A stretch of 63,508 nucleotides of DNA, the filler included, from Octopus bimaculoides (Eukaryota): NCBI RefSeq assembly GCF_001194135.2. It is 5 parts of 5 records of this genome, joined end to end, with 100 filler letters (N's around TTAATTAATTAA, not from the genome) between each part and the next. Parts side by side here need not be neighbours in the genome. Positions count along the whole stretch, not along the records: positions 1 to 12,895 come from NC_068986.1; 4 more parts are not named here. One strand, given 5' to 3'. Position numbers and translations under genes: made by a program. Under the pieces are notes generated by a model. That model was not told where the DNA came from. It was given only the letters and a program-made list of their open reading frames with translations, and did no database searches. Every line of letters starts with the position of its first letter. The stretch's first letter is position 1. Shown here piece after piece: positions 1 to 12,232 of the stretch.

Positions 1-318
1 CTGTGATAATGTTTGTTGAAATGCTGAGGTGGTTGTCGAAAATATTGAATATTGTGATGACCGTGGGAGTAGTGAGAGTTATAGTAGTATGATGGTGGTG
101 GTGGTGGACGAGTAGTGAGAGGTGTTGCGGTCGTAGTAGAGGTAGTAATAGCGAATGTAGTATTGATGGTGATGGTATTGGTTGTAGTTGTTGTGGTGGT
201 GATTGTGGTAATGTAGTGGTAGTGTTTGTGTGATTGTAGTATAGGTAAAGTAATAACAGTAGTAGTAATGGTACTAGTTGTGGTGGTAGTAGTAGCAGTA
301 GAAAGTTGTGGTAGTAGG
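1..318. repeat. compound (GTN)n trinucleotide low-complexity tract
   Basis: Runs of gtg/gta/gtt triplets throughout 1-318. Confidence 0.8.
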
Positions 319-418
319 TCTTGTAGGTGCTTTCATACATGTTGGACTACATTATTTAAGGCGGATAGGGAGTAATTGAAAGATATTTGGCTACACTTTC
401 TAGCAAGTTGAGTGACCA

Positions 419-812
419 AGGAGTAGCTTTGTGGTACGTAGCTTGCTTACCAACCACATGGTTCTGGGTTCAGTCCCACTGCGTGGCACCTTGGGCAAGT
501 GTCTTCTACTATAGCCTCGGGCCGACCAAAGCCTTGTGAGTGGATCTGGTAGACGGAAACTGAAAGAAGCCCGTCGTATATATGTATATGTGTATATATG
601 TTTGTGTGTCTGTGTTTGCCCCCCCCCCCTCCAACATCGCTTGACAACCGATGCTGGTATGTTTATGTCCCCGTAACTTAGCGGTTCGGCAAAAGGGAAC
701 CGATAGAATAAGTAATAGGCTTACAAAGAATAAGTCCTGAGGTCGATTTGTTCGACTAAAAAGGCGGTGCTCCAGCATGGCCGCAGTCAAATGGCTGAAA
801 CAAGTAAAAGAA
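419..812 (+). mobile_element. tRNA-derived SINE, family A (full length, internal TA/TG microsatellite)
   Basis: Head gagtagctttgtggta...ggttcagtccc (A/B-box-like), body ccttgggcaagtgtcttctactatagcc, 3' end gctgaaacaagtaaaaga; homologous to 44197-44600 and the reverse complement of 46503-46864. Confidence 0.85.
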
Positions 813-1332
813 AAGAAGAGAAAGAAATAGAGAATCACTTTTGATGAAAGCAGAGGCGTTTGCTAACAGTTGTGTTGGCTCGTGCTAGTAATGTCTATAG
901 AGAGAGAGAGAGAGAGCGAGAGAAAGAGAAAGAGAGAGCGAGAGAGAAGTACAAAGAAAGAAAGAGTAAGAGATATGGAGTTGTCAGCTTGTGATAATTT
1001 GAGAGAGATGTGGGAAAACGTAGATGTGATAAAATTTGGTTCTGGTGTGTATATGTCAATACCTAATGTATGTTGCTTGTTCGTTTGTTTGTTTGTTTGT
1101 TTGTGCTTGTCATGTGTGATGTGTGGCGAGCAAAGAGGAGGATATATTGTGAAACTAATGTCAATGCTGCTTAAAGCGCTCGATGGTATGTCGTACGTGA
1201 TACGACACCGTTGAACTATCTTCTACGTGTGCCCTCTCAGTAGCAGATGATGTACCGTATAAACTCCGCGATGAGTCGTAATTTTTTTACTGTAAATAAT
1301 AATAGTAATAATAAATAATAATAATGATTTTA

Positions 1333-1493
1333 GATTTTGCCACAAGGACAGTGATTTTGGGGGAGGAGCATCGACCCAGTGTTCAACTGGTAAAGTTGAC
1401 CTCGGCGGAATTTGAACTCAGGACGTAGCAACGGGCGAAATACGGCCAAGCATTTCGTCCGGCGCGCTAACGATTTTGCTAGCTCTCCACCTA
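1333..1493 (-). mobile_element. tRNA-derived SINE, family B (internally deleted)
   Basis: gttgacctcggcggaatttgaactcag...catttcgtccggcgcgctaacg is the reverse complement of the head at 50625-50730. Confidence 0.8.
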
Positions 1494-1562
1494 ATAATCC
1501 TTTCTACTAAATTTATCTACCCAACTTTGCTGTGGTCTTGAAATTCTATATACGCTCTAACG

Positions 1563-1862
1563 CATAGGTTCTCAAAGTGGGAGCTACCGCCCCCCGGTGG
1601 GCGTTGAGAGGGTCCAGGTGGGTGCTGTACCTAAGGAGGCGTTGGGAGGAAGGCAGTGAATTGGGAGTCGCTATGAATTTATCATAATATTATTATGATA
1701 TTGTATACAAATTATATAATATATTAAATATCAAATGATTCATAGTATATATAAATTAGTAAAATATAAAATATTTATTTATACATAAAAATAAGGGTGA
1801 GGGCGCTGAGGGTATTATGTGACCATGAGGGGGCGGTGGCCCAAAACGTTTGAGAACCTCTG
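1563..1862. mobile_element. hAT (Charlie-like) MITE
   Basis: Termini cataggttctcaaa / tttgagaacctctg; 8-bp flanks ctctaacg (1555-1562) and ctctaaca (1863-1870) match 7/8, as expected for a hAT TSD. Confidence 0.8.
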
Positions 1863-2337
1863 CTCTAACATAACGTGCGTACGCACACATAGACACACAC
1901 TCACGACAAATGATAATGTTCGACGGGTTGGTCATATAACTGCGCAGTCTATATGAATATCGGTTTTGTAAATATGTTGATGATATCACATGCGAAAATA
2001 AATACAACTGCTTAAGCAGAATCCATTTCTACTACAAAACAATCGTGCCTATGAAGACAAAGCACGTTGCACAGCTCATCTGCTTAGACTTTTCTGTATT
2101 AGTGCGTGTTGGCAAGAAGTGTTAATTAATCGGAAGTGGTGACGTAAAAACTAAACGGCAAAAACATCAAATTATGGCGTTGGTTTTAAGTAACGTGTTA
2201 TTGGATATACTGAAGGAGAATGAAAACTGCAAGGTTGAGAGAGTTTTATGTGACCGAAAAATTAGATGGAGACTAGGTGGAAACAAAAAAAAAATACATT
2301 CAACAGAATACCAAAGCAAAACATACTAAACTATATA

Positions 2338-2551
2338 CAGTAATCCCTCGACTATCGCTGGTGTTACATTCCAAAATCCCCGCGAAAGGTGACTATCCGC
2401 GAAGTAGAAACAGTACTGTATATTTAAAAAAAATATTATAACTTGTTTATATTTATTTTATTATAAATGTAAAACAATACCACGGAGGGATCGACATAAG
2501 CTGAGATAATAAGCCGCGTTAGGTGAACCGCGATATGGCGAAGGGTTACTG
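2338..2551. mobile_element. Tigger/pogo-type MITE
   Basis: Termini cagtaatccctcgactatcgc / gcgatatggcgaagggttactg are imperfect TIRs starting CAGT, with TA on both sides (2336-2337, 2552-2553). Confidence 0.8.
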
Positions 2552-2821
2552 TAGTGTCTCTTCATATGAGAAAATGGATCAAGATGTATATATTTGGGTA
2601 TGCAAATTACGTGTGAAAGGGATTGTTGTTACCCACATGTTGTTACCTAATATAAGTATAATGTTGCTCCAATTCTATGCTTCAGTTATGCGGTGTGTGA
2701 GATTCATTAACAGAACTGGAAACGCATCATGTCAATAAACCTAACGACAATTCTTTATAGACTTAACCAATTATTCTTCAAAATCATGAAACCATTGTGT
2801 GGATAATATAAATATATTTTA

Positions 2822-3025
2822 AGGCCGTAAGCTGGCAGAAACGTTAGCTCGCTTAGCAGCCTTTCGTCCGTCTTTACATTCTGAGTTCGAACTTCACCGA
2901 AGTCGACTTTGCCTCTCAATCTTTCGGGCTCGATTAAATAAGCATCAGTTGAACACTGGGGTCAATGTAATCGACTAGCCCCCTTCTCTGAATTTGTTCG
3001 TCTTGTGACAAAATTTGAAGCCAAC
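2822..3025 (+). mobile_element. SINE family B
   Basis: gctggcagaaacgttagc...ctgagttcgaac...cactggggtcaatgtaatcgact...aaaatttgaagcc. Confidence 0.8.
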
Positions 3026-3079
3026 ATAATTGTATGTTCATTCAAAACAATTCTTATTTTACAAAAGTTTAAGTAGTTA

Positions 3080-3420
3080 ATTCTTGTTTTGTCGACCCCG
3101 AAAGGATGAAAGGCGAAGTCGACGACGGCGGAATTTGAACTCAGAATGTAAAGATGGATGAAATGCTGTTAACGATTTAGCCAGATCTCCGTGAAGAGAG
3201 ATATTCTCTTCTACTCTAGGCACAAAGCTCGAAGTTTTTGGGGAGGGGGCTAGTCGATTAGATCGACCCCAGTACGCTTTGCGCATAGGCGGTACCATAG
3301 CCAATGAGGGTTATCCGAGGCGTGGTTATTGCTAGTTGAAAACTGGTACTTAATTTATCGACCACGAAAGGCAAAGTCGACCTCGGCGGAATTTGAACTT
3401 AGAACGTGAAGAGAGATATT
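3080..3420 (-). mobile_element. two partial SINE family B copies in tandem
   Basis: aaggc(g/a)aagtcgac...cggcggaatttgaact occurs twice (about 3110 and 3370), with a B 3' part at 3210-3278. Confidence 0.7.
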
Positions 3421-3574
3421 GCCAAATGTTTTGTGCCACCAGGTCAAAGAGGAGGAGAAACTAAATAAATAAAGATTATAATAATAATTATAATTACGAT
3501 AATCCTCATCACCGCCCACATTAACTACAATATAGTTTGCTATTATGATAATAATAATAATGATAATAATGATT

Positions 3575-3768
3575 CCATAGGCACAAAGTCAGAGACTCGG
3601 TGGGGTGGGGTCTAGTCTACCCTTGTACTTGATTGGTTCTTTATCGCCCCGGAAAAATAAAGGTAAAGTTGACCTCAGTGAGATTTGAACTCAGAACATA
3701 GAGAGACAAAAGAAATACAGCAAGTATTTTTTTCTGACGCTCTAACAATCCTACCAATTTACCGCCTT
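3575..3768 (-). mobile_element. SINE family B (diverged)
   Basis: aaagttgacctcagtgagatttgaactcagaac...taccgccttaa, preceded by (AAT)n. Confidence 0.7.
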
Positions 3769-4395
3769 AACGACAACAGCCATTACTCCCATCACTCATC
3801 ATTTGCTACTGTACCTGGAGGTCAATCTGGCACTGTACCAGATGACCGATATTTTTTTTTATCCCCAAATTTACTATCCCACACTTAAGTCTTTTTGTTA
3901 TGTGTTTATCATCGTGATGTAGCATGGCAGCTGCGGTTGTTGTTGTTGTTGTTGTTGTTGTTGATTGACGTATGCAGACATTTATTATGATAAATAGATA
4001 TACAATACTTACTGTTTACACTGATCGTGTTTTCAGTGTGTTTGAGAGAAGGGAGGAGGACATATGCAAAAACAAACGACTCTCAGAAACGTCTAATGTT
4101 GGCGAGGATAAGAATCTTGCTTCAAACTTGACAGGGCCCATAAGATTTTTACTAATTAGCACAGATTATATATAAAAGTGTTTTAAAGTATTTACTTTTG
4201 TCGTTTAGCCACTAGGTCAACTCTACCAACTAACCTATGTCACGTTGTTATGTGGCTGAAAGCCTAGGAGTGACCTATAGGTTTTTGCTACCTATCGATT
4301 TCACTGGTCTCGAAGAGCCTGCAAAAATCATGGGCACGTTTCGTTCCCCACACCAAAGCAATACGCAAATAGATAGATAGATAGATAGAGGGAAG

Positions 4396-4427
<32 letters not shown>

Positions 4428-4651
4428 AAGAGAGAGAGAGATCCTTGGTTCCAACCAGTGTAGTTTTTGCGGTAGCACTTTAAAGGCTTTGCAGTGGCAT
4501 TTTAAAGGCTTTGAGTGAAGGCTTTCAATGCAGATGTCATATTTTGATTTCAGTAAAGTTTTCGCCTGAGGTGACCGTAACAATCTATTAGAAAGAAAAA
4601 AAAAAACTGTACGTTTCCAGGAAGACAAAACCCAACATGTGATCGAGAGAG

Positions 4652-5140
4652 TATCGTCGATATCAGCAAAAGTCTATAGTGGTGTTTCCTATGGTTCCGT
4701 GCTTGACCCTCTCCTCTTAATTATTTGCATTAATGACATTGTAAATTTTATGAAACAGTGAGATAAATATCTTTGCAGATAACTCTAAGCTCAAGAAACT
4801 TATCAACGGAATAGGTGGCCGAACAGAACTCCTCTCCGATTTAGGCGTGACAATTCCACGAGGAATAACATGGCAAAATATGCGCTCGTCTGCTTTGGTA
4901 AAGAGAAGGTACTTAACTGAATTATTTTTGCCATTTAGGAGAGCTTGTCGTAGCGTCCAATAAATTAGTGTAACTGTCAACAGCAAATCGAAGTGCACAC
5001 ATCAGCAGTGAAATCGATGTGGTCAACTCTTGGATCCTTAGAATTTTCCAGTCTTAGAGAAATCCTGATGCGACCATCTTTCTCTTCTCTATGTTTACTC
5101 GGTCTTTACCTTGAATACCGCTGCCGACCGTGATAGTATT
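4652..5140 (+). pseudogene. decayed non-LTR retrotransposon reverse transcriptase (CR1/L2/Jockey group)
   Basis: Manual translation gives SGVSYGSVLDPLLLIICINDI (from 4678) and IFADNSKL (about 4769), matching RT motifs SGVPQGSVLGPLLFxIYIND and FADD, with stops and frameshifts. Confidence 0.75.
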
Positions 5141-6529
5141 AAACGGGTAGAATGTAAGAACGGCCTTAGAACTGGAGAGGTAGATAGAAGAAACACCTAT
5201 AGAGATGAACAAACAAGAAGTGAGTTTTGACTTGATAATGTCATTTAGCTACTTAGAATACCGTAGATTTGAAATGTCTAGTCTCACATTTTTGCTTTCT
5301 GTTTTCTTATCGTATTTTGTAATCATCATTACTATCATCACGATCATGTCAGCCATTTTCATTTTATTCTCACCGTCTTCTCTAGTCTCCTTATCCCTAT
5401 CTTCTCATACATTTTATTTTATTCCTTTCTTTATCTTCTTTCGTCGTTTTTTTTTTTTTTTGCTTTCTCCTCCTCATGTCACCGACTCAGTATTCAACGA
5501 AAGTTCAAATTTATTTATTTAACGAAGACCAATCTCAATCGCTTAAAGTGTACCCAGTATTCATGTGGTTTGCTTCTGTCATTGAAAAAGAGTCAAGTGG
5601 CAGTCAGGATTCACAGTTGAACTCTTAACTTCCGGTCAACAGATGAGATAGTGACCTTTTTGGTATTGCTATTTTATTGCCCTACTTACAAGATGTCTAT
5701 TTGCTGTGTACAAGAAAGTAGGAGGGTCTTTGTTATTGATGTAGTAAAATTGTGTGCGGTACCTGTCATTGCTTATAATAGTGAACACATAGCCGAAAGG
5801 TTAAGAGATATACCTCGCAACCAAATTCTTTTGACCTCCATCCCACGGTGCGGCTCCTCGGCTAAATGACTTCTTTAACAGACGGTGAATTGGCGGAGTC
5901 GTCAAAGAGATGGACGAAATATTCCATAACTTTTGTTCTGAGTTCAAACCCTGCCGAACTAAACTTTACATTTTATCCTTCCAGCGTCGATTTATAAAAT
6001 ATTTATTTAGGGACATATATACACACAATCACACAACGAAATTATGACCCAGTTTTCTCTGCCGAAATTCCAAGTCACCATCAACCTTTCGCTGTGTGCG
6101 TATGTATGCATTATTTATCAAATTCATATTTATTTACTAAACCACGATCATGTAAATTTATTAAAATATCAAAATTTATATTTCATACACATATTCGCAG
6201 AACACACACACACACACACACGTGGGAATTATTTCTGCAGCTGTCCTTTATTGTTCAATTTGATACTAACATTCTTTAACCAGCGACTAAGTAAACTTAA
6301 CACCGGCTGTTTTAATACCAAAAGGTAACACTCTTTCTCTCCCCTCTCTCCCTCTCTCTCTCTCTCACACACACACTTTCTATTTCGTTTCTTCGTTATA
6401 ACCATCTCTTATTCTTTTTACTTCATTCCACCGCTCTCTTAACCTTTCTCACCATTTCACTTTTCTTTCCGCTCAAAACTTGTTTCCCATTATTTGTGCT
6501 TTCTTTCCCTCTCTCAACGCTTCCCTCAT

Positions 6530-6545
6530 ATTCTCTCTCTCTTTT

Positions 6546-6593
<48 letters not shown>

Positions 6594-6615
6594 GCGCTCT
6601 CTCTCTCTCTCTCTT
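6530..6615. repeat. (CT)n microsatellite
   Basis: Direct reading. Confidence 0.95.
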
Positions 6616-7103
6616 CCACTCGTATATATGGTGTTTTTTTTTCTCTCGATACGTAGAGATTGAGGTATAGGCTGCATGAGTTATAGAGCTGAGAGAAAGC
6701 TGGTTGATGTGAGAGGCGGTGTGAAGTATGAGCAAAGGAAAAAAGCTGGTTAAGACGAAAGGGGATGGAAGGAAAATCTGGCAGAGTAGTATGAATAAAT
6801 AAAGCGTTTTCCGTTTCACGGGAAAAAAAATGGTCAGGCATCAGCAACAAATTATTTTAACCAAACAAAAGACCAGAAAAAAAGGAAAAGATCCCAGTGA
6901 AATTGCCGTCAAAGGTTTAGGCGATCATATTGATCTCAGTACTTATTTCAGTCCGGTACATATTCCATCGAACCCTATTTGTTGAAATGCGCACGTTACG
7001 GAACCCAAAAGGGACAGCATAAACAATACCAGTTTTAGACCGGTGCAAACCTAAACTGACACATATACATATATGTATATACACAAACGCTCTCTTTCGT
7101 GTG

Positions 7104-7148
<45 letters not shown>

Positions 7149-7227
7149 CATCAGTAAATCATAAATCCGAAAAAGAAGCACACTCTAAGTTATAGAGCAA
7201 TAGAGTATATAGATAAAGATAGATATT

Positions 7228-7435
7228 GCTGGTTTATGGGGTTACCTGGGGTTTCACGTCCATAAAGTGCTTAACTTTACAGCGTTTCTTCAGACCCTAA
7301 ACCCGTTGGCCTAAGGCCTCTCTAGTAAATGGCTTGTCTAGAGAGGCCATAGGCCAACGTGTTTAGGGTAAGAAGAATCGCTGTAAAGCTAAGCGCTGTG
7401 TGGATGTGAAACCCCGGGTAACCTCATAAACCGGC
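7228..7435. repeat. long imperfect palindrome / foldback (about 98-bp arms, 12-nt loop)
   Basis: Left arm gctggtttatggggttacctggggtttcac...ggcctctctag, loop taaatggcttgt (7326-7337), right arm ctagagaggcc...gtgaaaccccgggtaacctcataaaccggc; about 13 mismatches by manual alignment. Confidence 0.92.
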
Positions 7436-7447
7436 CATCTCTCTCTA

Positions 7448-7501
<54 letters not shown>

Positions 7502-7582
7502 GTGCAACAAAATCTCTCTAAACTATACACCCTCAAATAAGAATCCTTATGACGGATTCAATGTATGGTATACTATTATCCA

Positions 7583-7797
7583 TTCTATTATAGGCACAAG
7601 TCCTGAAATTTTGGGTGAGGAGTCTAGTCGATTACATTGATCCAGTGCTCAACTGGTACTTATTTCCTCGACCCCCAAAAAGATAAAAGGAAAAGTCGAC
7701 TTCGGTGGAATTTGAACTGAGAATATTAAGATGGATGACATAGCGTTAAGCATTTTGTCCGGCGTGCTAACGCTTCTGCCAGCTCGCCGCCTTAATA
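7583..7797 (-). mobile_element. SINE family B (full length)
   Basis: taggcacaagtcctgaaattttggg...gtcgacttcggtggaatttgaactgag...ctgccagctcgccgccttaa. Confidence 0.85.
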
Positions 7798-7884
7798 TTA
7801 CTATAAACAACAAACACATCATAGATCAAGAAACCAACAACCCGTCAGAGCGGGTGGAAGTAAGTTCTCTGAATACCAGCTGCA

Positions 7885-7970
7885 AGAGGCACTTATCGTT
7901 TCCACATCTGTGCAAAAGAATGTAGCTCTCCAGCAGGACTGAATAGTCACGTCTCTGACGCTCATAGTTA
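7885..7970 (+). pseudogene. possible RTE-type LINE C-terminal remnant
   Basis: Translates TYRFHICAKECSSPAGLNSH, resembling the CxxC...S.AGL.SH ends of RTE ORFs; short match. Confidence 0.35.
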
Positions 7971-8969
7971 AGACAACCATCAAACGATGGCATAACCTGA
8001 ATTCGAGTTGCAGCCAGTATGTTCCAAATCACAGTTTTGCGCCAAGTTAGCTGGAATTTGGTACTGATGCCATTTCTCAAGAAAGCCATACGTTAAGAAA
8101 CTTTTACTGACACTTTTTAAAACAAATAGATTTTGTAAATATTTTTTTACGTATTAGTATTAAGCCCTGCTTAGACCATCTCCTGGACGGCTCGGATGCA
8201 ACAATTCTTCAGAACATATTTTTTTAAAGCAATGGTGATTATAATTTATTTCCAGAATCAAATAAAACCAGGCGAGGCTGGTGTAGGTGGAGGAAATATT
8301 TAAGTTTTGTCATAAACTGAACTACATTGCTACTCCGCCTATTAGAAATAGCGACCAGATCTCCTTGAAACCTTGCCCTAGCCACCTTACAAAAGGACAA
8401 GTTGTATACTTTAGCCTGAGGTTCAGGGTTCCCGAAAAAAAAAACGAAAAAAAAAAAAAAGAAATGCGGACTAGTTGGTCATATCTGGAATGTTTTTGAT
8501 TACAACTATTCCCGATTTGGGGCCGACTTAGGGCTACAATAATAACAACAACAAACGTTACTTTCTCGTCCATCCAACCGTTTTCTCACACTTTTCCATA
8601 TTTTCTTACACTCTATCCCTTTAATGTAATGTCGACGTGTCTAGCTGTGATTCACTAATGGTTTTGGTAGCGGAGGGTAGGAAGGACTCTCAGCCTTACC
8701 CATCTACCCATTTTACTGGTTGTTGTTTTGGGTTTTGGCAATTCTTTCTTCGTTCTTAATTTTTTTTTCTTCTGTGGAATCTTATTTTGTCGCCTTGGTG
8801 TCTGGTTTTATCACTGCTATGTGGTTCGTTCTCGAGTGTAGATGCTGCCATCTACCATTCATTGAAGACTTCATATTTTTGTTGTTATTGTTGTTGTTTG
8901 TCCTCATTTAAACGATTTGTTGTTTTTCTTGTGCCGAATTTTGGTCAAAATTTAGACATTTTACTTTAA

Positions 8970-9181
8970 CCCTTTGCCTGTATCACGTGATACACGGGAC
9001 ATATTTCCCTAGTATCATGATACACATTCCCAATTTTTTCAATCACCAGAGTAACTTGAGATTTATGAAAGGAAAATTTTATATTACTCGGGACGTATGA
9101 AACAATGGCTGACTAAATATCTGAAAATAAGTATGGACGTTTAGGACAGATTTATGAAAAATGCATAGGATCAGCAAAGGG
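8970..9181. mobile_element. piggyBac-type MITE
   Basis: TTAA on both sides (8966-8969, 9182-9185); termini ccctttgc / gcaaaggg. Confidence 0.8.
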
Positions 9182-10489
9182 TTAAAGCGTATGAAATATC
9201 TTACAACATAAGCGCCCTCTTCCTTTGTCTCTCTTTCGGTCGAGTCAAGCGGTAGTCCAAAATGTCAGAGTCCTCTTTACATTTTTTATACAAACTATCA
9301 ATGCAGAAATTATCAGAGAAAAAGAAACCCAAAACATTTTGAAATTAGCCTTCAAATGGTTGCCAACGTTGGAGATACAATTCATTCTCAAGGATTTACC
9401 AACCATAAATAAATTCTTCCACTTCAAGATGGCTACACAATGGTTTAACATCAGAAATATTATTTTTGGTCTCGCCTCACCCCATTTCTTTCTCTTTTTT
9501 TCTTTTGCTCTTTTCTTCTAACATATAAGGGGTACTAGATACCGCTTATAAACCCGTCATGTCTTTCCTGCTACATCTGGCGTTTAAAATTATGAAATAA
9601 GTAATAAATAACTAAACTAACAAACTTCATTGTATAATTTTTGCTAATTCAGGCAACCACCAGTTTTTTAGGATCCTGTACAATATTTGTTACTTAAATA
9701 ACTTGTGACCACAACAGTTTATAACGTTATATACGCACACGAAAATACGACTTCCGGGCGGTTATATATATATATATATATATATATNNNNNNNNNNNNN
9801 NNNNNNNNNNNNNNNNNNNNNNNNNNNNNNNNNNNNNNNNNNNNNNNNNNNNNNNNNNNNNNNNNNNNNNNNNNNNNNNNNNNNNNNNNNNNNNNNNNNN
9901 NNNNNNNNNNNNNNNNNNNNNNNNNNNNNNNNNNNNNNNNNNNNNNNNNNNNNNNNNNNNNNNNNNNNNNNNNNNNNNNNNNNNNNNNNNNNNNNNNNNN
10001 NNNNNNNNNNNNNNNNNNNNNNNNNNNNNNNNNNNNNNNNNNNNNNNNNNNNNNNNNNNNNNNNNNNNNNNNNNNNNNNNNNNNNNNNNNNNNNNNNNNN
10101 NNNNNNNNNNNNNNNNNNNNNNNNNNNNNNNNNNNNNNNNNNNNNNNNNNNNNNNNNNNNNNNNNNNNNNNNNNNNNNNNNNNNNNNNNNNNNNNNNNNN
10201 NNNNNNNNNNNNNNNNNNNNNNNNNNNNNNNNNNNNNNNNNNNNTTTATTCCTACAATATGACCATTTGACAGATTAAAATGATTATTACACTATGTAGG
10301 TAGGAACGTTTTGTTCTTCATTATTGTCTCCGTTCGGCTTCTTGGCTTCAGCTTCTTGTCCTTCGGCGAAAGTGCATTCGGCATCTTGTCCGTGCATGGT
10401 AAGGAGATGCTTTCTCAGGACAAATAACGCAGTTTATCAGGCTTTCAAGGATGTGTATGCTTTAAGTATGACACACACACACACACACA

Positions 10490-10610
10490 CACAACAGGCT
10501 TCTTTTAGTTTCTGTCTACCAAATTCATTCACAATGCTATGATCGGCCCGGGGCTAAGAGTAGAAGACACCAAATGTGCTGAGCAGTGGAATTGAACTCA
10601 AGACCAAATT
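10490..10610 (-). mobile_element. SINE family A, 5' half (diverged)
   Basis: ggcttcttttagtttctgtctaccaaattc...gtagaagacac matches the reverse complement of the family A body. Confidence 0.7.
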
Positions 10611-12193
10611 TCACACCAGACTAAAATAGAGATTTGTAGCGTTTTATTTTAACCTTTCACCTCATAAGGAATCCATCTCTATCATACACCACACTGCTCC
10701 TAAACTCTACACCATATTATGGTCCCATACCACCATTCCATTCATTTCTATCTCATAAAAGACTTTGGGGATGGGCTTCATACCTAATTAGCATGTCGTT
10801 CGTTAATCACCGGTTTTGTCGGGTGGATAAGAGAAAAGGTAATTATTTTTGCTTCACCTACAAAGCTTTTTTGTGTTTTGTTTTGGTTTAGAATCACATC
10901 TAACGAACGAGATATTATAGGAGAAAAAAAAAACTAATCAATGATTTTAGATCAGGTCATATGAATTATGTCTGATTTCAAGAAGAAAAATTATTTTAGC
11001 TATTATTGTAGTTGGTGTAATGGTGCAAATGATGGTGAATGTGGAGGTAGCGGTTGGTATGGTGTACGTACACACACACATACACACACACACACGCATG
11101 CGTCCTCATATATAAATACCCACTCACATGCATCCGCATATATATACACACACACATACACATGCATGCATCCGCGCGCACGCGCCCACACACATAATAC
11201 ATACATACGTATATATAAATCTTAGAGGGAGCGTACTATTTCATTATCTCTATTTCTGCTATTTTCGTATGTACGCATTTCTTTCTCTCAGTTTGTATCT
11301 CTGCCATTCGAACTGTCTGTCTCCGTGTGTCTCTTACACAATATCCTTCATCATACCGATTATACATACATACATACATACATACNNNNNNNNNNNNNNN
11401 NNNNNNNNNNNNNNNNNNNNNNNNNNNNNNNNNNNNNNNNNNNNNNNNNNNNNNNNNNNNNNNNNNNNNNNNNNNNNNNNNNNNNNNNNNNNNNNNNNNN
11501 NNNNNNNNNNNNNNNNNNNNNNNNNNNNNNNNNNNNNNNNNNNNNNNNNNNNNNNNNNNNNNNNNNNNNNNNNNNNNNNNNNNNNNNNNNNNNNNNNNNN
11601 NNNNNNNNNNNNNNNNNNNNNNNNNNNNNNNNNNNNNNNNNNNNNNNNNNNNNNNNNNNNNNNNNNNNNNNNNNNNNNNNNNNNNNNNNNNNNNNNNNNN
11701 NNNNNNNNNNNNNNNNNNNNNNNNNNNNNNNNNNNNNNNNNNNNNNNNNNNNNNNNNNNNNNNNNNNNNNNNNNNNNNNNNNNNNNNNNNNNNNNNNNNN
11801 NNNNNNNNNNNNNNNNNNNNNNNNNNNNNNNNNNNNNNNNNNNNNNNNNNNNNNNNNNNNNNNNNNNNNNNNNNNNNNNNNNNNNNNNNNNNNNNNNNNN
11901 NNNNNNNNNNNNNNNNNNNNNNNNNNNNNNNNNNNNNNNNNNNNNNNNNNNNNNNNNNNNNNNNNNNNNNNNNNNNNNNNNNNNNNNNNNNNNNNNNNNN
12001 NNNNNNNNNNNNNNNNNNNNNNNNNNNNNNNNNNNNNNNNNNNNNNNNNNNNNNNNAGAAACAAGTGTAAATTTTACCGGTGAGTGAGTTAAACTATAAG
12101 GCACCAAAAGAGAATGACTCTCCCCAGACACAACAGAAAATGCTTCAACACACAAACTCACATAAGGAATCTTGCAAGCCAAATCCAAAAACG

Positions 12194-12232
<39 letters not shown>

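Noticed and set aside
9340-9450. Possible mariner N-terminal remnant on the minus strand
   Set aside because: The similarity requires a frameshift and is too short to support.
9748-9762. acttccgggcgg ETS/GC-box-like promoter motif
   Set aside because: A single motif next to a gap, with no supporting context.
10270-10430. Minus-strand reading VLRKHLLTMHGQDAECTFAEGQEAEAKKPNG resembling a zinc-finger end
   Set aside because: In-frame stops lie immediately upstream with no acceptor AG, and the CxxC-like text is in another frame.
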